NCBI RefSeq assembly: GCF_003334405.1
Contig: NZ_QOWM01000003.1
Reading direction: 5' to 3' (one strand)
DNA from: Escherichia coli
Lineage (GTDB): Bacteria; Pseudomonadota; Gammaproteobacteria; Enterobacterales; Enterobacteriaceae
DNA length: 64,000 nucleotides
Position 1 is the first letter of the stretch, and the number at the start of each line of letters is the position of its first letter. The position numbers and the translations under genes are program-made. The notes below the pieces were generated by a model that worked only from the letters and a program-made list of their open reading frames with translations, ran no database searches and was not told where the DNA came from. Positions 41,462 to 55,692 of the stretch are shown here, one piece after another.

Positions 41462-41642
41462 TTCCGCTCTCTGGATAGCCTGAAGTTGACTATTTCGGGC
41501 TATCCAGAATCGCACAGCCATTTGAACAGGCTGATTTTCTCTGTCTGCATAACATTCGATATCCGCGCCATTACCTGTCATCATCTAAGCAATGACTCCC
41601 CTGTTTCGCTTGCATCCCCGGTGAGTTTTGCCACCCTTATAA

Positions 41643-44389
<2,747 letters not shown>

Positions 44390-44412
44390 GGCATGCTCCA
44401 GGCCGAAAAAGC

Positions 44413-45069
44413 CTAGCGTAATGGAATGATATCGCCTTGCCAACCCTGTGATGAACGCTGACCGACTAACAATAATGAACCACGATCGGCGCGAACGATG
44501 AGACGACCATATTCATCCCATAGTGCACTGTTACCACGGGCATTTGCCATCAGCACGGCAATCGAGTACTGATGTGAAAAAAATTGTAAGCGACGGGCCG
44601 ACGCCAGCAGGTCGGGTTCTCCCAGACATTGCCCTGTAGTAAACAGTGAACAGGTCGGGTCCATATCCATACCTTGCGGTTGTTCATCGACCACCGTGAT
44701 GGTTCTGGAACGACGGCCCAGACATGCACCATGACTCTGATGGTAGATCCCAGGCGTTTTTCGCCACGGTGCGAACACCGCAATTCCACGAATAAAGCGA
44801 TCGTTATATTCAACGGGAAGGCCGGCAATGATGGTCATTCGCCAGGTCGTTGCGGCATAACAAAGCGGGTCTAACAGTGAGAGATCGGGTGGGGCAGGAA
44901 GGGCACGTCGCGAATAATCACACCCCAGTAAAGAAAGCGATGGAAAAACTAACAGCTGACATTGTTGCCTGGCGGCGGCCCTCACAAACTCCAGATGATG
45001 AGCTACCTGTTCGGTGAGTGAGGTTTTACGAGGCTCATATTGCGCTGCTGCAACTTTCCAGAACGACAT
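44413..45069 (-). CDS. yobB: Carbon-nitrogen hydrolase-family protein YobB (218 aa)
   Basis: 218-aa ORF MSFWKVAAAQYEPRKTSLTEQVAHHLEFVRAAARQQCQLLVFP. Confidence 0.85.
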   Translation of the reverse strand: MSFWKVAAAQYEPRKTSLTEQVAHHLEFVRAAARQQCQLLVFPSLSLLGCDYSRRALPAPPDLSLLDPLCYAATTWRMTIIAGLPVEYNDRFIRGIAVFAPWRKTPGIYHQSHGACLGRRSRTITVVDEQPQGMDMDPTCSLFTTGQCLGEPDLLASARRLQFFSHQYSIAVLMANARGNSALWDEYGRLIVRADRGSLLLVGQRSSQGWQGDIIPLR

Positions 45070-45170
45070 AATGACTTCCTTTTCAAAAGGACTGCAAATT
45101 ATGAGTGCGGTTTAGAAAATACTCATAATTTAGCAGGCGTTATGTAAGAAAGTGTAACTCTGTATAAGTT

Positions 45171-45401
45171 TTATTTAAGTTTGGGCTCGTAAGGTAAACG
45201 TGACAGATTGACCGAAGCCAAACGGTGGGCAATAAGCCGCTCGCGAAACCAGCTGCGCAAATGTTCAGGCTGTTCACGTTCAACCGCTTCAGCGATCACC
45301 GGCATATTGTAGCGTTCTTTAAATGCCACCCCGGCCGCCGCCAAATCGACATTCACTTTATCCATTTCTGTTTGATCCAGTTTAGCCAGATTCTTCAGCA
45401 T
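45171..45401 (-). CDS. holE: DNA polymerase III theta subunit HolE (76 aa)
   Basis: ORF 45171..45488; start placed at ATG 45401 ([35 protein letters not shown]). Confidence 0.9.
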
Positions 45402-45539
45402 TCTTAATCTCCTCATCATTCGCGGGCAAAAGTTACTAAGAGTGAGCCAGGATGGCAAGCCGGAATTGATGATCCTCGACTCAGACATTAGACAAGGTTA
45501 TGCTCTGTAAAAAAGTTATTACAAAAAGGAATAGATAAT

Positions 45540-45914
45540 ATGGCTTCAACTGCACGCTCCCTTCGCTACGCGCTGGCAATCCTGACCACTTCGTTGGTGA
45601 CACCTTCCGTCTGGGCACATGCGCATTTAACGCATCAGTATCCTGCGGCAAACGCGCAAGTGACAGCTGCACCGCAGGCAATCACTTTAAACTTCTCGGA
45701 AGGTGTTGAAACAGGATTCAGTGGTGCAAAAATCACGGGGCCAAAAAACGAAAATATTAAAACATTACCGGCGAAGCGAAATGAGCAGGACCAAAAGCAA
45801 CTGATTGTTCCACTGGCCGATTCGCTGAAACCCGGAACCTACACCGTTGACTGGCATGTTGTTTCGGTGGACGGGCATAAAACGAAAGGACACTACACCT
45901 TTAGCGTGAAATAA
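45540..45914 (+). CDS. yobA: CopC-family periplasmic copper-binding protein YobA (124 aa)
   Basis: 124-aa ORF with signal peptide MASTARSLRYALAILTTSLVTPSVWAHAHL and CopC-type motifs. Confidence 0.88.
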   Translation: MASTARSLRYALAILTTSLVTPSVWAHAHLTHQYPAANAQVTAAPQAITLNFSEGVETGFSGAKITGPKNENIKTLPAKRNEQDQKQLIVPLADSLKPGTYTVDWHVVSVDGHKTKGHYTFSVK

Positions 45915-45917
45915 ATC

Positions 45918-46790
45918 ATGCTGGCGTTTACCTGGATCGCGCTGCGATTTATCCATTTCACCTCGCTGATGCTGGTTTTTGGCTTCGCAATGTACGGTGC
46001 CTGGCTGGCCCCCTTGACGATTCGTCGCTTGCTGGCGAAGCGTTTTCTGCGTTTACAACAGCACGCTGCCGTCTGGAGTTTGATCAGTGCCACTGCAATG
46101 CTCGCCGTTCAGGGCGGGTTGATGGGAACGGGATGGACAGATGTATTTTCGCCAAACATTTGGCAGGCTGTTTTGCAAACGCAGTTTGGTGGCATCTGGT
46201 TATGGCAAATTGTTCTCGCCCTCGTAACGTTGATCGTCGCCCTTATGCAACCGCGGAATATGCCACGTTTGCTGTTTATGCTCACTACCGCGCAATTTAT
46301 TCTGCTGGCGGGAGTGGGGCATGCGACGCTGAATGAAGGGGTAACAGCGAAAATCCATCAGACTAATCACGCGATTCACCTGATTTGTGCGGCGGCGTGG
46401 TTTGGGGGATTACTGCCGGTGCTCTGGTGTATGCAACTCATCAAAGGCCGTTGGCGACACCAGGCTATTCAGGCGCTGATGCGTTTTTCCTGGTGCGGGC
46501 ATTTTGCGGTGATCGGCGTACTGGCAAGCGGCGTGCTTAATGCATTGTTGATTACCGGATTTCCCCCCACGCTTACGACTTACTGGGGCCAACTCTTATT
46601 GCTCAAAGCCATCCTGGTGATGATTATGGTGGTCATTGCGCTGGCTAATCGTTATGTTCTTGTACCGCGCATGAGGCAGGATGAAGATCGTGCGGCACCC
46701 TGGTTTGTGTGGATGACTAAACTCGAATGGGCGATAGGTGCGGTAGTGCTGGTGATCATCAGCCTGCTTGCGACTCTCGAACCTTTTTGA
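45918..46790 (+). CDS. yebZ: CopD-family inner membrane protein YebZ (290 aa)
   Basis: 290-aa polytopic membrane ORF immediately downstream of yobA. Confidence 0.88.
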   Translation: MLAFTWIALRFIHFTSLMLVFGFAMYGAWLAPLTIRRLLAKRFLRLQQHAAVWSLISATAMLAVQGGLMGTGWTDVFSPNIWQAVLQTQFGGIWLWQIVLALVTLIVALMQPRNMPRLLFMLTTAQFILLAGVGHATLNEGVTAKIHQTNHAIHLICAAAWFGGLLPVLWCMQLIKGRWRHQAIQALMRFSWCGHFAVIGVLASGVLNALLITGFPPTLTTYWGQLLLLKAILVMIMVVIALANRYVLVPRMRQDEDRAAPWFVWMTKLEWAIGAVVLVIISLLATLEPF

Positions 46791-46802
46791 TGGATTACGA
46801 AA

Positions 46803-47144
46803 ATGATGAAAAAAAGTATTCTGGCGTTTCTGTTACTCACCAGTTCTGCAGCGGCGCTGGCTGCACCGCAGGTGATTACCGTCAGTCGTTTTGAAGTGGG
46901 TAAAGACAAATGGGCGTTTAATCGCGAAGAGGTGATGCTGACTTGCCGACCGGGTAATGCTTTGTATGTTATTAATCCGAGTACCCTCGTGCAGTATCCT
47001 TTAAACGATATCGCACAAAAGGAAGTTGCCAGTGGGAAGACCAATGCCCAACCCATTTCGGTGATTCAGATTGATGATCCTAACAATCCCGGCGAAAAAA
47101 TGAGTCTGGCACCGTTTATAGAACGAGCTGAAAAACTCTGTTAA
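46803..47144 (+). CDS. yebY: DUF2511-family periplasmic protein YebY (113 aa)
   Basis: 113-aa ORF with signal peptide [20 protein letters not shown]. Confidence 0.85.
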   Translation: MMKKSILAFLLLTSSAAALAAPQVITVSRFEVGKDKWAFNREEVMLTCRPGNALYVINPSTLVQYPLNDIAQKEVASGKTNAQPISVIQIDDPNNPGEKMSLAPFIERAEKLC

Positions 47145-47170
47145 TTACCTAAAATAGCCTTTTGATTTCC

Positions 47171-47215
47171 AATAAAAAAACCGCCTCAGTTCTTTCACCA
47201 GAACGGGCGGTTTTT
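47171..47215. terminator. Bidirectional terminator after yebY (also the likely 3' end of antisense RyeA)
   Basis: aaaaaaaccgcctcagttctttcaccagaacgggcggttttt: bulged hairpin flanked by an A-run and a T-run. Confidence 0.55.
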
Positions 47216-47440
47216 AACATTTCAGCTGATGACCACCACGCTTTTTATTGACCATTTTGCACGCAAACTGGAAAACCTGGCGTCGTCATCTATTCTTAAA
47301 GGGCAAGGCAACTAAGCCTGCATTAATGCCAACTTTTAGCGCACGGCTCTCTCCCAAGAGCCATTTCCCTGGACCGAATACAGGAATCGTGTTCGGTCTC
47401 TTTTTATCTGTTAAAAGCCAGAAGCATTTCCTTCGCTGAC
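47172..47440 (-). ncRNA. ryeA: Antisense sRNA RyeA (SraC) overlapping sdsR; boundaries uncertain
   Basis: Established knowledge that RyeA is transcribed opposite to and fully overlaps SdsR in this intergenic region; boundaries inferred from the bidirectional terminator at 47171..47215. Confidence 0.35.
47303..47405 (+). ncRNA. sdsR: sRNA SdsR (RyeB), RpoS-dependent Hfq-binding sRNA; ends approximate
   Basis: gcaaggcaactaagcctgcattaatgccaacttttagcgcacggctctctcccaagagccatttccctggaccgaatacaggaatcgtgttcggtctcttttt matches the SdsR sequence as I recall it, including the terminal hairpin plus U-run; yebY-pphA intergenic location. Confidence 0.6.
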
Positions 47441-47539
47441 TTTATAGTCAACCATAACACACACTCTACTGTCTGAGTCCAGCGTTTTTTAACATTCTTG
47501 TTAAGATTATGTGATCTTTAGCGCGGGAGGAAAATATTG

Positions 47540-48196
47540 ATGAAACAGCCTGCGCCCGTTTATCAGAGAATTGCGGGTCATCAATGGCGACATATCTGGC
47601 TTTCTGGCGATATACACGGTTGTCTTGAGCAGTTGCGCCGCAAATTATGGCATTGTCGTTTTGATCCGTGGCGAGATTTACTTATCTCAGTGGGAGACGT
47701 TATCGATCGTGGGCCGCAAAGTTTACGTTGTCTGCAGTTACTGGAACAACATTGGGTTTGTGCGGTAAGAGGCAATCATGAACAGATGGCGATGGATGCG
47801 CTGGCATCCCAGCAGATGTCTTTGTGGTTGATGAATGGCGGCGACTGGTTTATTGCGCTGGCAGATAATCAACAGAAACAAGCGAAAACGGCGCTGGAAA
47901 AATGTCAGCATTTGCCCTTTATTCTTGAAGTACACAGTCGCACCGGCAAGCATGTTATTGCTCATGCCGATTATCCAGATGATGTTTATGAATGGCAAAA
48001 GGACGTTGATTTGCATCAGGTCTTGTGGAGCCGCTCGCGATTAGGTGAACGCCAAAAAGGGCAGGGAATTACAGGTGCTGATCATTTCTGGTTTGGTCAT
48101 ACACCGTTGCGACATCGCGTGGATATTGGCAACCTGCATTATATTGATACCGGTGCTGTCTTTGGGGGCGAACTGACTCTTGTGCAATTGCAATAA
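47540..48196 (+). CDS. pphA: Serine/threonine protein phosphatase 1 PphA (PrpA) (218 aa)
   Basis: ORF 47537..48196 (TTG) with ATG at 47540; metallophosphatase motifs GDIHGC, GDVIDRG, GNHE. Confidence 0.9.
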   Translation: MKQPAPVYQRIAGHQWRHIWLSGDIHGCLEQLRRKLWHCRFDPWRDLLISVGDVIDRGPQSLRCLQLLEQHWVCAVRGNHEQMAMDALASQQMSLWLMNGGDWFIALADNQQKQAKTALEKCQHLPFILEVHSRTGKHVIAHADYPDDVYEWQKDVDLHQVLWSRSRLGERQKGQGITGADHFWFGHTPLRHRVDIGNLHYIDTGAVFGGELTLVQLQ

Positions 48197-48388
48197 TTAA
48201 AAATCACCGTACTCCTGTGCAGGTCGCCAGAAACCATCTATAAAATCCTCAATCGGAAAACAACCGCCCTGGCGGATCCGTTGATCGCTCATAGAATAAA
48301 GACACTGCTGTTCCGTGTTGTAGACATCCACAACAATATCTTCACAACCGCCATCCAGGTAGCAAACAAAAAGTACCAGCGCGAACAT
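48197..48388 (-). CDS. yebW: Small protein YebW (63 aa)
   Basis: ORF 48197..48472; start placed at internal ATG 48388 (MFALVLFVCYLDGGCEDIVVDVYNTEQQ) to give 63 aa. Confidence 0.65.
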   Translation of the reverse strand: MFALVLFVCYLDGGCEDIVVDVYNTEQQCLYSMSDQRIRQGGCFPIEDFIDGFWRPAQEYGDF

Positions 48389-48492
48389 TTCATCCCCGAA
48401 GTGTGGTGCCGTACCGTTAAGTTTAGGAGAGATTTTACAACGGGGGAATAACCAGGACAAATAACCCGCCATGCCGACGGGTTCTTTTTGGA

Positions 48493-48729
48493 TCAGGCAA
48501 GACGCATAATCCAGGCATCAGATTGTTGATCGTAACGGGTACGGTAAAGGACAGAGTGTTCGCCATTTAGCAGGGCAGGGATACTGGTTTCAGCATCCCA
48601 GGCATCCAGTTGCATACATAAATCGGGGTCAGATTTACAAGGAATGGTTAACGTTCGATCACCTGGCGATTCACCGTGTAATTCGCCGTCGTCGATTTCA
48701 AAAGCGCCTATGCGCACACTGGTTTTCAT
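48493..48729 (-). CDS. yebV: Small protein YebV (78 aa)
   Basis: ORF 48493..48744; start placed at ATG 48729 (MKTSVRIGAFEIDDGELHGESPGD). Confidence 0.8.
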   Translation of the reverse strand: MKTSVRIGAFEIDDGELHGESPGDRTLTIPCKSDPDLCMQLDAWDAETSIPALLNGEHSVLYRTRYDQQSDAWIMRLA

Positions 48730-48846
48730 CTTCGTGCTCTCCATTTAGCTGCCGATTGTGGTACGACCAGTCCGATCGCACCATTTTTCAGCCTAGTTGA
48801 GGCAGCCGAATGTGCCAGTCAAAAAGTGCGCTTTTTTTGTGCGCTG

Positions 48847-50292
48847 TCAGGCGTTACCGGTAAAAAGTTTCCCATCGCGCACCAGTTCACGCGGATAGCT
48901 GTTTTTCAATCGCGAACCAATCCGTTTGGCTAAACCAATCGGTTGATGCTGGAAAGTAACCAATACATCATCCGCCACTGGCGCGGCTTGCGGGTAAACA
49001 TCGCGCCCGCGATACCACTCCTCCGCTTCCTGCGGTGTCAGCTCGAATGCATTCATATTATCGGGTGAGGCAAGAGCAATAACCGCTTCATGCTGCCAGC
49101 GATAACCTTTGTTGTGCGTCTCGGCAAGTTTAATCCCCAACCGAGAAAATCGGACTTTACCGATCAGGGCTTCAATGCCCACCGGGAACAACCACAGTTC
49201 TTTGTCACGCTGCCAGAGGCGCAGGTTTTCATCCCAGTTTAAGCCAACACCTGTAGCCGCCTGACGAATTTGTCCAGCTTCGCGATCTTTCACCGGGCTG
49301 AACGGAAAATTACCGACTTTGTATTTGGGGGCGGGTAAGGCGGGAATCGCCTGAGTTTTACGCAGACGAGCAACGAAGAAGCCTTCGCAGTCGTAAATTT
49401 GTGGGAAAACATGCAAAAAGCCTTCTTCGGTCAGCGCTTTGTTTGCACCAGGGAAGAGATCGCCAAGTGGTAAAAACTCTACTGCGTCGGGGTAAGTCTC
49501 TTTCAGCCACAGGCAAACGGCTTCGTTTTCTTCCTGGTTTAAGGTACAGGTCGAGTAAACCAGCGTACCACCAGGACGTAATGCATGAAAGGCGCTGTCG
49601 ATAAGCTCCCGTTGTGTAGCTGCGATTTCCTGATTGCTTTCTGGTGACCAGTTTTTTAGCGCATCGGGATCTTTACGCACCACGCCTTCGCCAGAGCAGG
49701 GAGCGTCCAGCAAAATGGCATCGAACATTTCTGGCACTGCCGCACCAAACACGCGGCCATCAAAATGTGTGAGCGCAACATTACTGATACCACAGCGGCT
49801 GATATTGGCATGTAACACTTTTACCCGACTGGCGGAAAACTCATTGGCAAGGATTGCCCCTTCGTTATTCATCCGCGCGGAAATTTGCGTCGTTTTGGAG
49901 CCAGGCGCGGCAGCGACATCCATCACCCGCTGTGGTGCATTACCGTCAGCAAACAAGGCGGCAACAGGCAACATTGAACTGGCTTCCTGAATATAAAACA
50001 GGCCACTTAAATGCTCGGCGGTACTACCCAATGGCAATGCATCTTCATTGTCGCGTTCAATCCAGAAACCTTCTTCACACCACGGAATTGGCGTAAGCGT
50101 CCAGCCATAAGGAGCGGTTAATTGCAGGAAATCAGCAACGGAGATTTTCAGCGTATTAACGCGAATGCTGCGGCGCAACGGGCGCTGACAGGCGGCAAGA
50201 AAATCATCAAATGAGAGCGTCGAAGGCATCGCTTCGCGCATTTGTGTCAGAAAGGCGTCCGGGAAATAAACGGTGTGTTGGGCCACGAGCAT
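48847..50292 (-). CDS. rsmF: 16S rRNA m5C1407 methyltransferase RsmF (YebU) (about 479-481 aa; start uncertain)
   Basis: ORF with NOL1/NOP2/Sun-family SAM methyltransferase core ([27 protein letters not shown]). Confidence 0.9.
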
Positions 50293-50365
50293 GTACCACT
50301 GGCAAAAAAACAGGCGCGCAGTTTAGCATAAACGCTCCGGCGCAGGCACGCCGGAGCAGTGGGCA

Positions 50366-52999
50366 TTATTTGGGAAGCGCAGTTCCCCATTCACGCCACT
50401 CTTTCGGTTCACTTTCCTGCAACAGGAAGTGTTTGCCTTCCTGGGCTTTCGGTGCCAGTGGCGTACCCGGAGGCGTGGCGAAGGCGATGCCGCCACGGAT
50501 AAACTGGTTAAAGGTGCCGGTTTTCACTACGCCGCCCGTCAGACCAAAGTCCAGACTGTAACCCGATGCCAACCAGAAGACGGAATTGTTACGCACCAGG
50601 TGTTGATAGCGTTTACTGATGCGCATCGCAATCATCACGCGATCTGACAATGTCCCCAGCGTCATTCCTGTAACCGTACCGACTTCCAGACCACGGAACA
50701 GCACAGGCGTACCGATGCCTAACGAACCGGCTTCCGGCGCTTCAACAATAATGCTTAAGCCATCCAGGTAACGCGAATCAGTAATGGTGGCCTCTTGTAA
50801 TTCAAAGTCGCGGCGAGGATTGCCCCGGCCTGGTTCGACGTTGATATACGGCTGGAGGATAGTATCAAGATGCTCAACGCCAGCTGCCGAAATTTGCGGT
50901 GTGACCACTGAGAAGCGCGTACCACCGCGAGCAAAGGTCTGGACATATTCCGGGTAAAGTACCGCCTTTGCCTGTACTTCATTGCGTGCGGTAATCAGAT
51001 CCAGCGTCTGGATTTGCCCGATATCAATACCGAGATAGCGAATTGGCATCCCGACCGCCAGTTTTCCGGCATCGAAAGCGTGAAGCGTAATCTGCCCGCC
51101 AACCGCACGGGCCGCTGTTTCGGAAGCATACAGAATACGCTTATCGCCTTTACGCTGACTGGCGCTGGCACCGCTGAGGTTGTCGAAGCTAATGGCTCCC
51201 TTTAATGCTCTGGAGAGCGGGGATGCCTGTACGGTCAGACCACTACCATTCAGCTGAACTTTCGCCCCGCCTTCTGCCCAGAACACGCTATTGCTGGTCA
51301 GAAGGTTGCGATACTCCGGCTTAATATGCAGATCGATATCAAACGCGTTAGCTCGCGGACGCACGGTAATCACTTCACCAACTTCAAATTTACGGTACAG
51401 CACTACCGATCCTGCCTGCACATCCGGCAGCGTCTCTGCACTCAAACTCACGGTTGTGGTGGGTAAATCGCTAAGGCTGTTCTCCAGCGCTTTTTCCAAA
51501 TTGGCATACAGTGGATAGCTGGCTTTCATCTCACCTTTATCGCCCGGCAGAATACGTATCCCGCCATTGATCCATTCTGAGGCGCTGGCACCGAGAAACT
51601 CAACGCCATCCAGCCCCACCTTCACATCGACACGGCTGTTGACGACAAATTTGCTATCGCCTTTTACCAGTTCGCGATGCTGAGGCTCGATGGCGACGGT
51701 AAAGGTGACGCCTTTGCTGGTGAGTTTACGATCGATAACCTGGCCTACCTGCACGCCGTGAAGAATGAGCGGCTGACCCGCATCAATACCGTAACTTTCC
51801 GGCGCGGTCAGGGTCAGCGTCAGAACATCAGGTTCATGCAGCAGTGCTTTTTCGCCTGGCACAACAACGAACTCTTTGCGTGGCTCGCCATCGCCGGGCA
51901 CCAGCTCGAAGGTTTTGCCGGTCAGCAGGGCGCTGAGATTAGCATCGCTAAGGGATAATTTCGGGTTGCGTAATTCGATGCGGGTATTTTCACGAAGCAG
52001 GGTAACGACGCTGGGATCAACGGTCATTTCCCCTGTGACTTTACCACCAGGATTTAAATCCAGTTTAGTCAGCTGTCCGACTTCCAGCCCCTGATACATT
52101 AACGGCGTCGAGTCGGCGGTTAATCCGGCCCCACTCGGCAGTTCCAGTTTTATTATTACGCCACGCTGGCTGTGGGCCAGATCTTCATACAGACCAAAGG
52201 TATCTTCCGCCTCGGCAGGTTTCGACTCTTCTGGTGAATCGAAGGCAATCGCACCGTTAACCAGTGCCGCCAGGCTTTCCAGTTTCACCTTCGCGCCACT
52301 GATACTGACGTTGGCATCAACGCCGGAAACGTTCCAGAAACGGCTACCTTTTTTCACCAGATCGGTAAAACGCCGCTCGATCAGGACATCAATCACCACG
52401 CCTTGCTTGTTGGGATTGATGGCATAGTCGTAGACTTTTCCCACCGGGATCTTGCGGAAATAGACCAATGAACCGCTGTTCAGCGAACCGAGATCGGGGG
52501 CTTGCAGGTGGATCATCAGATCGCCATTGTCCAGCCGATATTTCGGTTGGGTATCGAGTGCGACAAAGTGATCCTGCTCTTTACCTTTACCCGGCATCAT
52601 GCCGATATAGTTCCCACCGACGAGGGCGTCCAGCCCGGAGACACCTGCCAACGATGCTTTTGGCGTCACCAGCCAGAACTGAGTCTCTTCGCGCAGCGCA
52701 TCTTTCATATCGGACTTGATGCTGACCTTGACTTCAATCTTACGAAGATCGTCGCTGAGGCTGATATCCTGCACTGTTCCGACTTCAACGCCCTGATAAC
52801 GAACAGGCGTACGGCCTGGAACAATACCATCCGCCGACATAAAGTCGATGGTGACGGTATTACCCCGGTCCTGATAACTGTCCCAAATCAGCCAACTGGC
52901 AATCATTAGCGCGATGAACGGCAGCAGCCAGAAAGGTGAGATACGGCGTTTATTTTTAATCTGCGCTTCAGTCGTCGAAGCGGGCGTTTCCTGACTCAT
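50366..52999 (-). CDS. letB: Lipophilic envelope-spanning tunnel protein LetB (YebT), multi-MCE-domain protein (877 aa)
   Basis: ORF 50366..53041; start placed at ATG 52999 ([38 protein letters not shown]); N-terminal TM helix then repeated MCE domains. Confidence 0.92.
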
Positions 53000-54251
53000 G
53001 TGCATCCCAAAGTAAGCGGCTGTCCAGCCATTCCACAGCAAGAATAGTCAAAATTACCGCTGCGCCGAAATAAAACGCAGCCGGTCCCATAGTAAAAGCG
53101 AGGATCTGATCGCGATTAATCAGCGACATGGTTAAAGATATGACAAACAGGTCGAGCATCGACCAGCGACCAATCCAGGTCACCATCCGCAGTAACAGAA
53201 TGCGTGTGCGTAAACCTTGCTGGCATTTAAAATGAATGCTCAACAGTAAAGTGAACATGACGATCACTTTAGTAAACGGTACCAGAATACTGGCGATAAA
53301 CACGATTCCTGCAACCGCAATGTTGCTACTTGCCAGCGACATAATTCCGGAAAGAATTGTATCTTCCTGCCGTCCTCCGTTCAGATAAATGATAGAAATA
53401 GGCAACAGGTTGGCAGGTAACAATAAAACGATTGACGCTAACAGCGCCGCCCAGCATTTTTGCAGACTATGACGGCGACGCAGGCGTAGCGGGATATGGC
53501 AACGCGGGCAGCGACCACGCTGATCTGGATAGCCGGTAAAATGGCACCCAAGACAGACACGAAGTTTCTCGTCCCTACGCGTAGCGGGGCGCTGCGGATA
53601 AAATCGCTCCCACAGTTCTTCGACATTAAGATGTGACAACGTCACCGTCGTTAAAATCACCAACGCCACAAAAGAGAACAAGCCGACACCAGCCTGGATA
53701 TGGGCATAATCCTGTACCTTTATAGAAGCAACGCCAATGCCGACCAGGTAGATATCGAGCATTACCCACTCTTTAAGTCGCTCAAGCATCAGCAGTACCG
53801 GACGTAAATTCATTCCCAGTCGGTTACCAAACCATAAATAAGCTATGGAGGTCACCAGAATGAGCGGGGCACCAATAACGCAGAAAAAGACCATCGACCC
53901 CGTTATCGCATCGCCCTGTTTGGTCATTTGCCAGATGCCTTGCATAACGTTGGCGTCAATACGAATGCCTAACAGCCAGATATGCAACAGCGGTTCGCCC
54001 CAGGCAAACGGCATAAGCAACAGCATGGTGAAGGCCATTGCCGCCAGGCGCGTTAGCGACCAGTCGCGCCCGTCACGAATTTTTGCCTGACAGCGCGGAC
54101 AATAGGCACTTTGATGAGAATTTATCTCGGGCAGGCTAAACAGCATGTCACATTGCGGGCAACGTTGGTAATCACCACGCGGCAGTTCCTCGCCGATTGC
54201 CCTCACTGTTATCTTTTTTGTCGGCGTAATTTGTGGTGTGTTAAGAGCCAT
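52968..54251 (-). CDS. letA: PqiA-family inner membrane protein LetA (YebS) (427 aa)
   Basis: 427-aa ORF with Cys-pair zinc-ribbon-like motifs ([13 protein letters not shown]; CLGCHF..CPRCH) and multiple TM segments; 3' end overlaps the letB start by 32 nt. Confidence 0.92.
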
Positions 54252-54380
54252 GACGTGCCAAATGTAATAAGAATTAACATTAATCTTAACCCATGATGGG
54301 AATGATCTTGAGCATTAACGCATTTAATGCTTATTTTAATAGGCTGGCAGATCCAGGTAAGACAACCAAGTGATTATATA

Positions 54381-54878
54381 ATGAACAAAACAGAATTTTA
54401 CGCGGATTTAAATCGCGACTTTAACGCGCTGATGGCGGGAGAAACCAGTTTTCTGGCAACGCTTGCGAACACCAGTGCGTTGTTATATGAGCGTCTCACT
54501 GACATAAACTGGGCAGGTTTTTATTTGCTTGAGGACGATACACTGGTACTCGGACCATTTCAGGGCAAAATTGCCTGTGTCCGGATACCCGTCGGGCGCG
54601 GCGTGTGCGGCACTGCGGTTGCCCGCAATCAAGTGCAGCGTATCGAGGATGTTCATGTGTTTGACGGGCATATTGCCTGTGATGCGGCGAGTAATTCTGA
54701 AATTGTTCTGCCGCTGGTGGTGAAAAATCAGATTATTGGTGTTCTCGACATCGATAGTACCGTCTTCGGTCGCTTTACAGACGAGGACGAGCAAGGCTTA
54801 CGTCAGCTTGTGGCACAGCTTGAAAAAGTGCTTGCAACGACGGATTACAAAAAATTCTTTGCGAGCGTCGCAGGATAA
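54381..54878 (+). CDS. msrC: Free methionine-(R)-sulfoxide reductase MsrC (YebR), GAF domain (165 aa)
   Basis: ORF 54327..54878; start placed at ATG 54381 (MNKTEFYADLNRDFNALMAGETSFLATLANTSALL). Confidence 0.88.
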   Translation: MNKTEFYADLNRDFNALMAGETSFLATLANTSALLYERLTDINWAGFYLLEDDTLVLGPFQGKIACVRIPVGRGVCGTAVARNQVQRIEDVHVFDGHIACDAASNSEIVLPLVVKNQIIGVLDIDSTVFGRFTDEDEQGLRQLVAQLEKVLATTDYKKFFASVAG

Positions 54879-54974
54879 TCAACGGATAACGTAGCATTTA
54901 CTGATAGCGTCATTATAATGACGCCTGTTCATGCCTGCGCTTGTTGGCTACGTCCGTTGTAATCAGGAAATTTC

Positions 54975-55673
54975 ATGGAAAATCAACCTAAGTTGAATAG
55001 CAGTAAAGAAGTAATCGCGTTTCTGGCCGAACGTTTTCCCCACTGTTTCAGTGCGGAAGGTGAAGCGCGTCCGCTGAAAATCGGTATTTTTCAGGATTTG
55101 GTCGATCGTGTTGCTGGGGAAATGAACCTGAGCAAAACGCAATTGCGATCCGCTTTACGTCTCTACACTTCGAGCTGGCGTTATCTTTACGGTGTTAAAC
55201 CCGGCGCAACGCGTGTCGATCTTGACGGCAACCCATGCGGTGAGCTGGACGAGCAACATGTAGAGCATGCTCGCAAGCAGCTTGAAGAAGCGAAAGCGCG
55301 TGTTCAGGCACAGCGTGCTGAACAGCAAGCGAAAAAACGCGAAGCTGCCGCAACTGCTGGTGAGAAAGAAGACGCACCGCGCCGCGAACGCAAGCCACGT
55401 CCGACTACGCCACGCCGCAAAGAAGGCGCTGAACGTAAACCTCGTGCGCAAAAGCCGGTAGAGAAAGCGCCAAAAACAGTAAAAGCACCTCGCGAAGAAC
55501 AGCACACCCCGGTTTCTGACATTTCAGCTCTGACTGTCGGACAAGCCCTGAAGGTGAAAGCGGGTCAAAACGCGATGGATGCCACCGTATTAGAAATCAC
55601 CAAAGACGGCGTCCGCGTCCAGCTGAATTCGGGTATGTCTTTGATTGTGCGCGCAGAACACCTGGTGTTCTGA
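54975..55673 (+). CDS. proQ: RNA chaperone ProQ (232 aa)
   Basis: 232-aa [45 protein letters not shown] with Lys/Arg-rich linker. Confidence 0.95.
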
Positions 55674-55692
55674 AACGGAGGCCGGGCCAGGC

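Noticed and set aside
47248-47439. 63-aa ORF in the yebY-pphA intergenic region
   Set aside because: It overlaps the SdsR/RyeA sRNA locus; the sequence is better explained as non-coding RNA with a terminal hairpin and U-run.
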